In this document: one piece after another, positions 8,112 through 18,159 of the stretch
Layout of the letters: each line of letters opens with the position of its first letter
Position numbering within the stretch: the stretch's first letter is position 1
Source of the DNA: an uncultured Prevotellaceae bacterium
Lineage (GTDB): Bacteria; Bacteroidota; Bacteroidia; Bacteroidales; Bacteroidaceae
Direction of reading: 5' to 3'
Assembly (NCBI GenBank): GCA_947174565.1
Contig: CAMWJL010000001.1
Coordinates: 3,946 to 67,945, forward strand
Length of the DNA stretch: 64,000 nucleotides
Notes under the pieces: generated by a model
Told to the model about the DNA's origin: nothing
The model's database searches: none
The model's input: the letters and a program-made list of their open reading frames with translations, nothing else
Made by a program: the position numbers and the translations under genes

Positions 8112-9599
8112 ATGGGATTCGACTATAAAAACTTTAAGAAGACTCGGTCGGGCGAGGCGAACAAGCCTGAGTGGGCTGGCTGGAAATGGGTGAAGTTTGG
8201 CGTGGTTACGGCTTGCTATTTGGCTTTCCTCATTTGGGTGAAGTCTTGGTGGGGGCTGATTGTCGTGCCTTTCATCTACGATGTGTATATCAGCAAGAAA
8301 ATCAAGTGGACGTGGTGGAAGGAGCTGGAGAGCGACGTGGCACGCACCCTCATGAGCTGGGTGGATGCCATCGTGTTTGCGCTGGTGGCTGTGTATTTCG
8401 TCAACAATTTCTTTTTCCAGAACTATCAGATTCCATCGTCGTCGCTGGAGAAGACGCTGATGACGGGCGACTTCCTGCTGGTGAGCAAGATGAGTTATGG
8501 TCCACGCATTCCGCAGACTCCGCTGACAATGCCGCTGACACAACATACGCTGCCGCTGGTGAACACGAAGTCGTACATCGAATGGCCGCAGTGGGAGTAC
8601 CGCCGCGTGAAGGGGTTCGGCAAGGTGGAACTGGGTGACATCGTGGTGTTTAACTACCCTGCTGGCGACACGGTGGCTGTGGCTTACAATGGCGACTACT
8701 ACGATTTGTGCTACCAACTGGGATGCAAGGCGGTGATGGAACAGGGGTATGAAGTGCCGCTGATGCAGGACCTGCCACGCGAGGAGCAGCAGATGCAGTT
8801 CGACCAGCTGTATAACATTGGCAAGCAGGTGGTGGCATCGCAGAAGAATATCTACGGCAGTGTGACCAGCCGTCCTGTTGACCGCCGAGAGAACTATGTG
8901 AAGCGTTGCGTGGGGTTGCCTGGACAGACGCTGCAAATCAAGGACAAAATTATCTATGTGGATGGCAAGAAGGAGGAGACTCCGACGTTCGCACAGTTCA
9001 ACTACAAGGTTTATACCCACAACTATCAGGTGCTCAGCAGCGAGATGTGTGAGGAGCTGAACATCAGCGATGAGGACCGCGACAAGATTCAGGACCATGA
9101 GATGGGCATTCCGCTCACACGCATGGCGGTGGAGGCGTTGCGTGCCGACAAAAGCTTCTGCGACAGCATCGTGGAGGTGAAGGATGGCTACTGGGGCAAT
9201 CTCTACCCCATCAACCACCAATATGGCTGGACACGCGACAATTATGGTCCCATTTGGATTCCAGCCAAGGGACAGAGCGTGAAGCTGACGCTGGACAATC
9301 TGGCGATTTACGAGCGTCCTATCCGTGTGTATGAGAACAACAAACTGGAGGTGAAGGATGGTCTTATCTACATCAATGGCAAGCAGACCGACCAATACAC
9401 CTTCAAGATGGACTATTACTGGATGATGGGCGACAACCGCCACAACTCGGCTGATAGCCGTTACTGGGGTTTCGTGCCCGAGGACCATGTGGTGGGCAAA
9501 CCGCTGTTCATTTGGCTCTCGCTCATCACCGACCGCTACGGACAATCGCACGGTGTGCGCTGGAAACGGATATTCACTTGGGTGGATAACATCAAGTGA
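8112..9599 (+). CDS. lepB: Signal peptidase I
   Basis: N-terminal TM segments, PSSSLEKTL (Ser box), GDFLLVSKMSYG and GDNRHNSADSRYWGFVPEDHVVGKP. Confidence 0.9.
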   Translation: MGFDYKNFKKTRSGEANKPEWAGWKWVKFGVVTACYLAFLIWVKSWWGLIVVPFIYDVYISKKIKWTWWKELESDVARTLMSWVDAIVFALVAVYFVNNFFFQNYQIPSSSLEKTLMTGDFLLVSKMSYGPRIPQTPLTMPLTQHTLPLVNTKSYIEWPQWEYRRVKGFGKVELGDIVVFNYPAGDTVAVAYNGDYYDLCYQLGCKAVMEQGYEVPLMQDLPREEQQMQFDQLYNIGKQVVASQKNIYGSVTSRPVDRRENYVKRCVGLPGQTLQIKDKIIYVDGKKEETPTFAQFNYKVYTHNYQVLSSEMCEELNISDEDRDKIQDHEMGIPLTRMAVEALRADKSFCDSIVEVKDGYWGNLYPINHQYGWTRDNYGPIWIPAKGQSVKLTLDNLAIYERPIRVYENNKLEVKDGLIYINGKQTDQYTFKMDYYWMMGDNRHNSADSRYWGFVPEDHVVGKPLFIWLSLITDRYGQSHGVRWKRIFTWVDNIK

Positions 9600-9602
9600 C
9601 AG

Positions 9603-10199
9603 ATGATTCTTCCAAGTGCCTACTTGCCCCCTGTCTCGTGGTTCTCTGCCCTATTAAGGGAGGAGTCTGTCTTGATTGAACAACATGAGAACTACCAGAA
9701 GCAGACGATACGCAACCGATGCACCATCGACTCTCCGAATGGTCCGCTGAACCTGTCGATTCCCGTAGATAGGAGCATTTTCACAGGTGGCAAGTGTCTG
9801 ATGAAGGATGTACGCATCAGTGACCACAACGACTGGCAGCACCAACATTGGTACGCCTTGGAGACGAGCTACTTCAACTCCCCTTTCTTCGAGTATCTGC
9901 AAGATGACTTGCGTCCGCTATATGAACGGAAGTGGGACTTCCTCATCGACTTCAACGAAGCCCTTATCAACAAATGTTGCGAGATGCTTGACGTGCAGCC
10001 AAACATTTCGCGTACATCTTATTATATGGGAATTGACTTCGTGGTCAACAGCCAACTGTCAACAGTCAACTACTATCAGGTCTTTCAGCAGAAACATGGT
10101 TTCTTGCCCAACCTGAGCATCATCGACCTCATTTTCAACATGGGACCTGAAAGTGTGCTTGTGCTACAATCTCAACGCAACACGGAAGTGTCGCGCTGA
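9603..10199 (+). CDS. WbqC family protein
   Basis: 198 aa. ILPSAYLPPVSWFSALL..EQHENYQKQTIRNRCTI..GPLNLSIPV is typical of Bacteroidota WbqC-like proteins. Confidence 0.7.
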   Translation: MILPSAYLPPVSWFSALLREESVLIEQHENYQKQTIRNRCTIDSPNGPLNLSIPVDRSIFTGGKCLMKDVRISDHNDWQHQHWYALETSYFNSPFFEYLQDDLRPLYERKWDFLIDFNEALINKCCEMLDVQPNISRTSYYMGIDFVVNSQLSTVNYYQVFQQKHGFLPNLSIIDLIFNMGPESVLVLQSQRNTEVSR

Positions 10200-10301
10200 C
10201 AACCTGCCACAAGGCTCATTCCTTCCTCATATAAGGAAAATTTAACTTTTTTTGCTGTATTTAGAAAAAGATTTAATACATTTGCATAACTTTTCAGTAG
10301 T

Positions 10302-11177
10302 ATGGCAATTGAAGCAGACTATTTCAAGGTGGATATAGACCAAGTGCTGAAGGACAAGCTGGGCAAGAAGTTCAAGTTTGTTCCTCGCTTTTTGGTGTCG
10401 TGGCTGAAAGGCATTATCCATCAGGATTGGATGAACGTACATTTATGTGGCGAAGGGAAAGGACAAGTGGGCGTGGAATGGCTGGACGGATGCCTCAAGT
10501 ATCTGAACTGCACAACGAAAGTACAGACCAACATTGGGGGCGTGATTCAAAAGGGGTTAGATGCCCTGCCCAGCAATGAAGGAGGACGCTATTTCACCAT
10601 CGTATGCAATCACCCCCTTGGAGGACAGGATGGCATTGCATTGGGTTCTATCGTCTGCCACAAATACGACAGCCAAATGGTCTATTTGGTCAACGACTTG
10701 CTGATGAGTTTCAAAGGGTTAGCACCACTATGTGTGCCCATCAACAAGACGGGACGCAACGGACGGAACTTCCCAAAGATGGTAGAAGCAGCGTTTCAGT
10801 CTCCGAAGAACGTGGTTATGTTCCCTGCTGGGCTTTGTTCTCGAAAGGGAGAGGATGGTGTCATCAGAGACGTTGAATGGAAGAAAACCTTCATCACCAA
10901 GTCCGTACAATACAAAAGAGACGTGATTCCCGTCCACTTCTCAGGACACAACTCCGACCGTTTCTACAACATTGCTCGGTGGTGTAAGCGACTGCACATC
11001 AAGTTCAACATTGCCATGCTGTATTTGGCCGATGAGATGTATAAGAATCAAGGCAAGACCTTCACCGTCACCTTTGGAGAACCCATCCCTTGGCAGACGT
11101 TTGACAAGTCAAAGACACCTTCCGAATGGGCACAGTGGGTGAAAGACAAGGTATATCAGTTAGATAAAGGGCAATAG
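10302..11177 (+). CDS. Lysophospholipid/glycerol acyltransferase family protein (GlsA-like O-acyltransferase)
   Basis: 291 aa. Its N-terminus resembles Bacteroides acyltransferases encoded next to an N-acyltransferase gene. It sits directly upstream of the GNAT/hemolysin-like gene. Confidence 0.65.
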   Translation: MAIEADYFKVDIDQVLKDKLGKKFKFVPRFLVSWLKGIIHQDWMNVHLCGEGKGQVGVEWLDGCLKYLNCTTKVQTNIGGVIQKGLDALPSNEGGRYFTIVCNHPLGGQDGIALGSIVCHKYDSQMVYLVNDLLMSFKGLAPLCVPINKTGRNGRNFPKMVEAAFQSPKNVVMFPAGLCSRKGEDGVIRDVEWKKTFITKSVQYKRDVIPVHFSGHNSDRFYNIARWCKRLHIKFNIAMLYLADEMYKNQGKTFTVTFGEPIPWQTFDKSKTPSEWAQWVKDKVYQLDKGQ

Positions 11178-11225
11178 GGCGATACCGCGCATGCCCCAGA
11201 CATCAGAATAAGGACATAACAAGAT

Positions 11226-12254
11226 ATGGAAGCAGAAATCATAGCACCTATCCCCAAGGAGGTGCTAAAATCAGAACTGACAGATGACAAACGCTTGCGC
11301 ATGACCAGTAAGAGCAACAATGAGGTGTTTGTCATCACTTGGCAAGACTCGCCAAACGTGGTACGGGAGATTGGGCGTCTTCGCGAAATCGCTTTCCGTG
11401 CTGCAGGTGGCGGAACAGGCTTGGATTGCGACCTCGACGAGTTCGACACCATGGAGAATCCTTACAAACAGCTCATTGTGTGGAATCCAGAGCAGGAAGA
11501 GATTATTGGCGGATACCGCTACATCCTTGGTCCCGATATCCAACTGGACGAGAAGGGGCAGCCCATCTTGGCAACCAGTCACATGTTCCACTTCTCAGAG
11601 AAGTTCATCAAAGACTACATGCCCTACACCATTGAGCTGGGACGCTCGTTTGTCACGGTCGGATACCAATCCACTCGTTCTGACGGCAAGTCGATTTTCG
11701 CTCTTGACAACCTGTGGGACGGACTTGGAGCACTGGCTGTCATCATGCCTAACTGCAAGTACTTCTTCGGCAAGATGACCATGTACCCCAGCTACAACAG
11801 GAAGGGACGTGACATGATTCTCTACTTCCTCCGCAAGCACTTCGGTGATAAAGAAAGTCTTGTGATTCCGACCAAACCATTGGAACTGGAGCACGACCCT
11901 AAGGAGTTTGAGAAAATCTTCTGCGAAGAATCTTTTAAGGAAGACTATAAGATTCTCAACCGTGAAGTACGTGCCTTAGGATACAACATCCCCCCACTCG
12001 TCAATGCCTACATGGGACTCTCTCCCACAATGAAGATGTTTGGCACAGCCATCAACTACGGCTTTGGCGACGTGGAAGAAACGGGCATTTTGATTGCCGT
12101 CAGCGAAATCTACGACCAGAAGCGCATCCGCTATGTAGATAACTTTGCCAAGGAACACCCCGAATACATCCGCATCACCAGCGGTGCTAACAAGGTCATC
12201 TACGAACCCAAGAACAAAGACGAACTCAGCGATGGTTTCGACCCCGTGAAGTGA
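11226..12254 (+). CDS. GNAT-family N-acyltransferase (hemolysin-like, GlsB/OlsB-like)
   Basis: 342 aa. NVVREIGRLREIAFRAAGGGTGLDCDLDEFDTMENPYKQLIVWNPEQEEIIGGYRY is typical of Bacteroidota amino-acid N-acyltransferases. Confidence 0.7.
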   Translation: MEAEIIAPIPKEVLKSELTDDKRLRMTSKSNNEVFVITWQDSPNVVREIGRLREIAFRAAGGGTGLDCDLDEFDTMENPYKQLIVWNPEQEEIIGGYRYILGPDIQLDEKGQPILATSHMFHFSEKFIKDYMPYTIELGRSFVTVGYQSTRSDGKSIFALDNLWDGLGALAVIMPNCKYFFGKMTMYPSYNRKGRDMILYFLRKHFGDKESLVIPTKPLELEHDPKEFEKIFCEESFKEDYKILNREVRALGYNIPPLVNAYMGLSPTMKMFGTAINYGFGDVEETGILIAVSEIYDQKRIRYVDNFAKEHPEYIRITSGANKVIYEPKNKDELSDGFDPVK

Positions 12255-12315
12255 CTTCCCTCTTTAGCTTTTTTCACACATCTATTATATAAAGGGGACA
12301 ACAACCCTCGTAAAA

Positions 12316-12362
12316 GTGGCACAATTTCTTAGTTTTTGTGCCACTTTTTTTTGTTAATACAA
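12316..12362 (+). terminator. Rho-independent terminator after the acyltransferase pair
   Basis: GTGGCACAA (12316-12324) pairs with TTGTGCCAC (12346-12354), followed by T8. Confidence 0.7.
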
Positions 12363-12414
12363 ATAAAACGCCTACTTTTGTATAAAATTTAACAATCTGT
12401 GTATTAGAAAGACT

Positions 12415-13911
12415 ATGGCATTTACAAGAATCACCGCTGCAGAGGCTGCAGCACTCATCAAGAACGGAGATAATATCGGTCTGTCGGGGTTCACCCCAGC
12501 GGGCACACCTAAGGCAGTGACGGCAGAGATTGCCAAGATTGCACACGCTGAGCACGAAGCAGGACGCCCTTATCAGATTGGCATCTTCACTGGTGCATCC
12601 ACTGGTCAGTCGTGCGATGGCGTACTCTCTGACGAGCAGGCTATCCGCTATCGCGCCCCCTATACAACGAACTCTACATTCCGCAAGCACGTCAATTGCG
12701 GTGAAATCGCATACAACGACATCCACCTTGGCATGATGGCTCAGGACCTCCGCTATGGCTTCCTTGGTCAAGTTGATTGGGCTATTCTTGAGGTTTGTGC
12801 TATCGAAGAAGACGGCAAAGTCTATCTCACCGCCGCAGGTGGCATTTCCCCTACAGTAGCACGCCTTGCCAAGAAGGGCATCATTTTGGAACTGAATGCC
12901 TTCCATTCACCCAACTCAAAGGGCATTCACGATGTCTATGAGCCACTTGACCCTCCTTACCGCAAGCCCATCCCCATTGAAAAGGTGACTGACCGTGTGG
13001 GTACACCCTACCTCCAGCTCGACCCCAAGAAGATAGTGGGCGTGGTAGAGTGCAACCTACCTGACGAAGCTCGTTCCTTCAAGGACGCAGACCCCATCAC
13101 TGACAAGATTGGTGAGAACGTGGCTAACTTCCTCATGAACGAGAAGAAGCGTGGCATCATTCCACCAAGTTTCCTTCCTTTCCAAAGCGGTGTAGGCACT
13201 ACCGCCAATGCCATCCTCTTCGCCTTGGGCAGCAACCCTGAAATGCCAGCCATGGAAGTCTATACAGAGGTGTTGCAGAACGCCATCGTGGACCTCATGT
13301 TCGAGGGCAAGGTGAAGTGCGCTTCTACCTGTTCGCTCACCGTCACCAACGACAAACTGCTGAGCATTTACGACAACATCGACTTCTTCAAGGACAAGCT
13401 TGTGCTCCGTCCTTCTGAAATATCCAATAACGCTGAGGTCATTCGCCGTCTTGGGCTTATCGCCATCAACACCGCCATCGAGGTGGACCTCTATGGACAC
13501 GCTAACTCGACGCAGATTTGCGGCACCAAGATGATGAACGGTATCGGTGGTTCAGGCGACTTCGAGCGCAACGCCTTCCTTTCTATCTTCACTTGCTCCT
13601 CTGTAGCAAAGGGCGGTGCTATCTCTTCCATCGTGCCTTTCTGTAGCCACGTTGACCACACAGAGCACGACGTGAACATCATCGTGACCGAGCAAGGCGT
13701 GGCAGACCTCCGAGGCAAAAGCCCTGTCGAGCGTGCTCGCACCATCATTGAGAATTGCGCACACCCCGACTACAAGCAACTCCTTTGGGACTACCTCAAA
13801 ATCTCGCAGAAAGGTCAGTCATGCCACAACCTCGCTGCCACCCACGCATTCCACGACACTTTCATCAAGGAAGGCGACATGCACAAGGTAGATTTCAGCA
13901 AATTCACTTAA
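12415..13911 (+). CDS. Acetyl-CoA hydrolase/transferase family protein (succinate/propionate CoA-transferase type)
   Basis: 498 aa with a family-typical N-terminus (ITAAEAAALIKNGDNIGLSGFTPAGTPKAV) and GIGGSGDFERNA. Confidence 0.8.
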   Translation: MAFTRITAAEAAALIKNGDNIGLSGFTPAGTPKAVTAEIAKIAHAEHEAGRPYQIGIFTGASTGQSCDGVLSDEQAIRYRAPYTTNSTFRKHVNCGEIAYNDIHLGMMAQDLRYGFLGQVDWAILEVCAIEEDGKVYLTAAGGISPTVARLAKKGIILELNAFHSPNSKGIHDVYEPLDPPYRKPIPIEKVTDRVGTPYLQLDPKKIVGVVECNLPDEARSFKDADPITDKIGENVANFLMNEKKRGIIPPSFLPFQSGVGTTANAILFALGSNPEMPAMEVYTEVLQNAIVDLMFEGKVKCASTCSLTVTNDKLLSIYDNIDFFKDKLVLRPSEISNNAEVIRRLGLIAINTAIEVDLYGHANSTQICGTKMMNGIGGSGDFERNAFLSIFTCSSVAKGGAISSIVPFCSHVDHTEHDVNIIVTEQGVADLRGKSPVERARTIIENCAHPDYKQLLWDYLKISQKGQSCHNLAATHAFHDTFIKEGDMHKVDFSKFT

Positions 13912-13940
13912 TAGAACAAAACGATTAAAAGATTGAAGCA

Positions 13941-14729
13941 TTGAAATTCATTTCTTGGAACGTTAACGGACTCCGCGCCGTGTACGGCAAGGGTTTCTCA
14001 GAGACCTTCGCCGTGCTCGACGCGGATTTCTTTTGCCTGCAAGAAACCAAGATGCAGGCAGGGCAGCTCGACCTCGCCTTCCCTGGCTACCAGTCTTACT
14101 GGAACTACGCCGACAAGAAAGGCTATTCTGGCACAGCCATTTACACCAAGCACACGCCCCTCAACGTGTCCTACGGGCTTCCGCAGGACATCATTCAGCA
14201 GATGCCAGCCAACGACTGGCTGGAGATGAATACCGAAGGACGTATCATCACCCTCGAATATGATGCCTTCTACGTCGTCACCGTCTATACCCCCAACTCA
14301 CAGGATGGGCTTAAACGGCTTGACCAACGCATGATTTGGGACGATGCCTTCCGCCTGTATCTGCTGCAACTGAATCAGAGGAAGCCCGTCCTTGCCTGTG
14401 GCGACATGAACGTGGCACACCAAGAAATCGACCTCAAGAACCCCAAATCGAACCGCCACAACGCAGGTTTCACCGACGAGGAACGCGCCAAGTTCACCGA
14501 CTTGCTCCAAAGCGGCTTCACCGACACCTTCCGCCACTTCTTCCCTACACAGGAGAACATCTATTCATGGTGGAGTTACCGTTTCCACGCTCGCGAGAAG
14601 AACACTGGCTGGCGCATCGACTATTGGCTCTGTTCCAATCAGTTGCAACCACAGCTATTCTCCGCCAAAATACATACAGAAATTATGGGCAGCGACCACT
14701 GCCCCGTAGAAGTAGAAGTTCGGCTTTGA
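13941..14729 (+). CDS. xth: Exodeoxyribonuclease III
   Basis: (M)KFISWNVNGLRA, CLQETK and SDHCPV. It appears to use a TTG start; there is no in-frame ATG upstream before a stop. Confidence 0.9.
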   Translation: MKFISWNVNGLRAVYGKGFSETFAVLDADFFCLQETKMQAGQLDLAFPGYQSYWNYADKKGYSGTAIYTKHTPLNVSYGLPQDIIQQMPANDWLEMNTEGRIITLEYDAFYVVTVYTPNSQDGLKRLDQRMIWDDAFRLYLLQLNQRKPVLACGDMNVAHQEIDLKNPKSNRHNAGFTDEERAKFTDLLQSGFTDTFRHFFPTQENIYSWWSYRFHAREKNTGWRIDYWLCSNQLQPQLFSAKIHTEIMGSDHCPVEVEVRL

Positions 14730-14757
14730 CCAAGCGTCAAAGCCGAACTTCTTTTTT
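14715..14757. terminator. Bidirectional terminator between the convergent xth and TPR/protease genes
   Basis: 16-bp stem: GAAGTTCGGCTTTGAC (14715-14730) pairs with GTCAAAGCCGAACTTC (14736-14751), followed by T6. The 5' arm overlaps the xth stop codon. Confidence 0.8.
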
Positions 14758-16468
14758 ATTGGAAATACGTTTCCATCAACTTTTGGGCACTCTCATCGCC
14801 CATGTCAATGGCACGTTGAATGTTTAGGCGAGCGTTTTCACGGTCGCCTTTTTGTAACTGCGCATAACCAAGAATGCGGTAGGCATCGATGATGTCGGGA
14901 TTCAGCCGAATAGCCATTTGGCACGACTCGATACATTCGTCCAACAAACCTACACGAATAGTGATAACAGCACGCGCTACATGATAAAGCGGTGTGCGCG
15001 GTGCCATCTCTATCGCCTTGTTGATGTCGTCCAACGCCTGTTGGAACATGCGCGCATTGACCTCTATCTGAGAACGTTCGTAGAAGAAGACGGCACTCAC
15101 CTTCCCTTCCAACAGATAAGCGTATTGGGTGTAGTCAAGCACCGCCTCACGATACTTGCCCGCATTGGCATAAAGCTGTCCCCGACGAATGACATAGTTT
15201 GCCGCCTCGCGTGGCAAGGGATTGCCCATCAAAGCCAAAGCAGAATCCAGCGGTGCCACCACAGCACTCAACGAATCGCCACGCTCCTCACGCGCCATGC
15301 TGATGGCATACAAGTAGGCCGCAGCAGAACTGCTACCCTCTCGCAACAACTCGTCATAAATAGCGATAGTGGCATCATAATCCTTCGCCTCCATCAGAAT
15401 CTGCGCCTTTAGCGTCTGGCACTTGACGTATTCCTCCTTTTGCTGTTCGCTAACAGGCTTCGCAGCATTCAACGAAAGTGCTTGCTCAACATACTGCCGC
15501 ACCACGTCGAGCGTCCACGGCTCATAGGCAGGTTCTGGTTGCAGCCGCAACTTGTCGAAAATCAGCGACGCCACATTATAGTTACCTGCCACTTTATCTT
15601 CCACCAGCGACAAATACTGCGCCAAATCCTGTGCCGCCTCATCAAAACGCATGAGGTCAATCAGCGGTGTGGCACGTCGCAAATAGCCTTCCGCATTCTT
15701 TGGGAATGCCGTCACGAAACGATTGACCATATCCATATACTCCTCATTCCCAGCCGACCGCGATTTGATGTAGAGATACACCAAAGCCTCCTCTGCCGTA
15801 GCAGGCAAAGCCTTCGGGATGAAGATGTTGTTCAGTGCAGCAGATGCCGAATGGGACGGAATGGCAACCATATTCAACGTCTCGCAGAAACGGGCATCCA
15901 GCACATAGCTCTTAGTGCCCAAGGTGGAATGCAGTATCCCAACCAATGCGCCCGAAGCATTGAAGACAGGCGACCCCATCAAACTCTCGTCCAACTGACA
16001 ATCCAAGCCATAGTAAGCATATTTCCCCTGAATGAGAGACGTGTCTTCTACCACCACTTGCTTGCTCTGCACTGCCGTTCCATCAGAAGGATGCAGCACA
16101 TACAAAGTCGATTTCAGCGGCTGAACATCCGTGACCACGGGATAAGGGGCTTTCATCTTCACGGGGACATGGAAACGCACCAGCGAGTAGGTATCATCAG
16201 CCCCCAACACATAATCCACCGCCACTTTCTTCCCGTCAGCACCCACCACATCAGCCTTATACGCCCCCTTCAGCACACGGAAGTCAGCCAACGCCTCACC
16301 ATTCTCGCCCACATAGAAGCCGATGCCTTGATGGAGGAGCACACCTTGTTTGTCATACGCATTCACCGAAAATATGCCCTTTCTGACCTTCGCCGCAAAC
16401 TTGGGTTGAGCAAAGACCACACACGCCATGCAGCAGAGGGAAAGGGTGAATAGAAACGATTTCTTCAT
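14756..16468 (-). CDS. Secreted trypsin-like serine protease domain fused to TPR repeats
   Basis: Start chosen at MKKSFLFTLSLCCMACVVFA (signal peptide). The N-terminal half contains GSPVFNASGALVGILHS (chymotrypsin-fold-like). The C-terminal half is TPR-like. Confidence 0.65.
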   Translation of the reverse strand: MKKSFLFTLSLCCMACVVFAQPKFAAKVRKGIFSVNAYDKQGVLLHQGIGFYVGENGEALADFRVLKGAYKADVVGADGKKVAVDYVLGADDTYSLVRFHVPVKMKAPYPVVTDVQPLKSTLYVLHPSDGTAVQSKQVVVEDTSLIQGKYAYYGLDCQLDESLMGSPVFNASGALVGILHSTLGTKSYVLDARFCETLNMVAIPSHSASAALNNIFIPKALPATAEEALVYLYIKSRSAGNEEYMDMVNRFVTAFPKNAEGYLRRATPLIDLMRFDEAAQDLAQYLSLVEDKVAGNYNVASLIFDKLRLQPEPAYEPWTLDVVRQYVEQALSLNAAKPVSEQQKEEYVKCQTLKAQILMEAKDYDATIAIYDELLREGSSSAAAYLYAISMAREERGDSLSAVVAPLDSALALMGNPLPREAANYVIRRGQLYANAGKYREAVLDYTQYAYLLEGKVSAVFFYERSQIEVNARMFQQALDDINKAIEMAPRTPLYHVARAVITIRVGLLDECIESCQMAIRLNPDIIDAYRILGYAQLQKGDRENARLNIQRAIDMGDESAQKLMETYFQ

Positions 16469-16485
16469 GATTCGATTTACATAAC

Positions 16486-18159
16486 CTATTGATTGTCCAA
16501 CAAAGACCGCGCGTTGTCCCATGCCGCCTGTGTGAGCTTCTCGCCACTCAGCATGTGGGCGATTTCCTCCACACGCTGTTCCTTGGTCAGCGGAACGATG
16601 TGACTCAATGTCGCATCATCGGTGTCTTCCTTATATACTTTATAATGATGGCTGCCCAGTGCCGCTATCTGTGGCAGATGCGTGATAGAGATGACCTGCC
16701 GCTCGCGCCGCCCCATCTCCTGCATGATGCGTGCCATCTTCTCAGCGATAGAGCCACTCACGCCCGTGTCTATCTCGTCAAAAATAATGGTCGGCAGCTT
16801 GACCGCACCAGCAATCAACGCCTTGAGAGACAGCATCACACGAGCAATCTCGCCCCCCGAAGCGATTTGGCTGACAGGTTTCAATTCGCCGCTCTTATTG
16901 GCATTGAAGAGGAACTGCACTTGGTCATACCCCGTAGGAGTCAACTCTGAGGGATGCGCCATCACCGAACACTTGAACTGCACGTTGGGCATGCCCAACG
17001 GCAACAGCCGCTCCTGCATCTCCTGCTCCACTTGCTTGGCAACCTTTCGGCGTGCGTCAGACAGCTGCTCCGCCAGTTGGACACACTGCTCCCGCTGCGC
17101 CTCCACCTGCTGACGAAGCGTTTCTATCATGTCGTCAGCATGCGTGATACGCATCAGCCGTTCCGTCAGTTGATCCTGCAAGACCAGCAAATCCCCCACG
17201 GTCTCCACCCCGTGCTTCTTCTGCAAAGTATAGATGGTATTCAGCCGCTCATTCACCTGCTCCAAGCGTTGCGGATTGTACTCCACATCCTCCGCATTCC
17301 CCTCCAGTTCGCCAGCCACATCTTTCAGTTCTATATAGCAAGAGTCTATCCGCTCTGCAAGTTCCTCAGCCGCAGCATATACAGACGCAATGGCGCGCAA
17401 CTCGGAAAGCCCCTGTTTGAGCAGCCCCAAGGCATCAGTTCCGTCGGTCGATGACTGCAACAGATTCGCCACCGTGTAAAGCGCAGATTTGATGTCCTCG
17501 GCATGCTCCAACGTCTCTTGCTCTGCCTCCAACTCAGCCTGTTCTCCCTCCTGCAAGTTAGCGTCCGCGAGCTGTTCCACCTGAAAGCGCAGGTAGTCCT
17601 CATCCTCCCGACTGCTCTTAGCCTCCGCCTGTGCCGCCTCCAACTCATGCGCCGATGCCTTATAAGCCTTGTACGCTTCCTTATACGCATCGAGCAACGC
17701 CTGATGATTGGCAACAATATCCAAGATGTTCAGTTGGAAGTCCTCTTTGCCCAACAAGAGATTCTTATGCTGTGAATGCACATCAATGAGCTGCTCGCCG
17801 ATTTCCTTCAGCTGCGCCAAAGACGCTGGCGTGTCATTGATAAAAGCACGAGACTTGCCCGATGCCGTCAGTTCGCGTCGGATGATGCACTCCGTGCCGT
17901 CGAAATCGAAGTCATTCTCACGGAAAAACGCCTCTAACTGGTAAGAAGACACGTCGAACGTGCTCTCTATCACACAACGCTTGGCTCCCGCCTTCATCGC
18001 TTTCGAGTCAGCGCGTTGCCCCAAGAGCAGACCGATGGCACCGATGATGATGGACTTTCCCGCACCCGTTTCGCCCGTGATGACGGAGAAGCCCGAATGG
18101 AAATCAATGTCCAAGTGCTCAATCAGTGCGTAGTTCTCTATGTGCAGATGACGAATCAT
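16486..18159 (-). CDS. recN: DNA repair protein RecN
   Basis: 557 aa with Walker A GETGAGKSIIIGA, a coiled-coil middle and a C-terminal SGGE signature (ASGGEIARVMLSLK). Confidence 0.95.
   Translation of the reverse strand: MIRHLHIENYALIEHLDIDFHSGFSVITGETGAGKSIIIGAIGLLLGQRADSKAMKAGAKRCVIESTFDVSSYQLEAFFRENDFDFDGTECIIRRELTASGKSRAFINDTPASLAQLKEIGEQLIDVHSQHKNLLLGKEDFQLNILDIVANHQALLDAYKEAYKAYKASAHELEAAQAEAKSSREDEDYLRFQVEQLADANLQEGEQAELEAEQETLEHAEDIKSALYTVANLLQSSTDGTDALGLLKQGLSELRAIASVYAAAEELAERIDSCYIELKDVAGELEGNAEDVEYNPQRLEQVNERLNTIYTLQKKHGVETVGDLLVLQDQLTERLMRITHADDMIETLRQQVEAQREQCVQLAEQLSDARRKVAKQVEQEMQERLLPLGMPNVQFKCSVMAHPSELTPTGYDQVQFLFNANKSGELKPVSQIASGGEIARVMLSLKALIAGAVKLPTIIFDEIDTGVSGSIAEKMARIMQEMGRRERQVISITHLPQIAALGSHHYKVYKEDTDDATLSHIVPLTKEQRVEEIAHMLSGEKLTQAAWDNARSLLDNQ

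Noticed and set aside
7884-9551. 555-aa ORF on the minus strand, the longest unexplained ORF in the track
   Set aside because: It lies entirely antisense to lepB, which has unambiguous signal-peptidase motifs. Its translation is a low-complexity H/V/L/R-rich string with no recognisable motif, typical of a shadow ORF in a codon-biased gene.
15440-16453. 337-aa plus-strand ORF; similar cases are 3789-4439, 4527-5159, 61537-62400, 12274-12906, 39623-40231 and 53583-54056
   Set aside because: All are antisense or out of frame relative to genes with clear family signatures (TPR/protease, DUF2851, TPR, CoA-transferase, miaB, carbonic anhydrase). None has motifs of its own.
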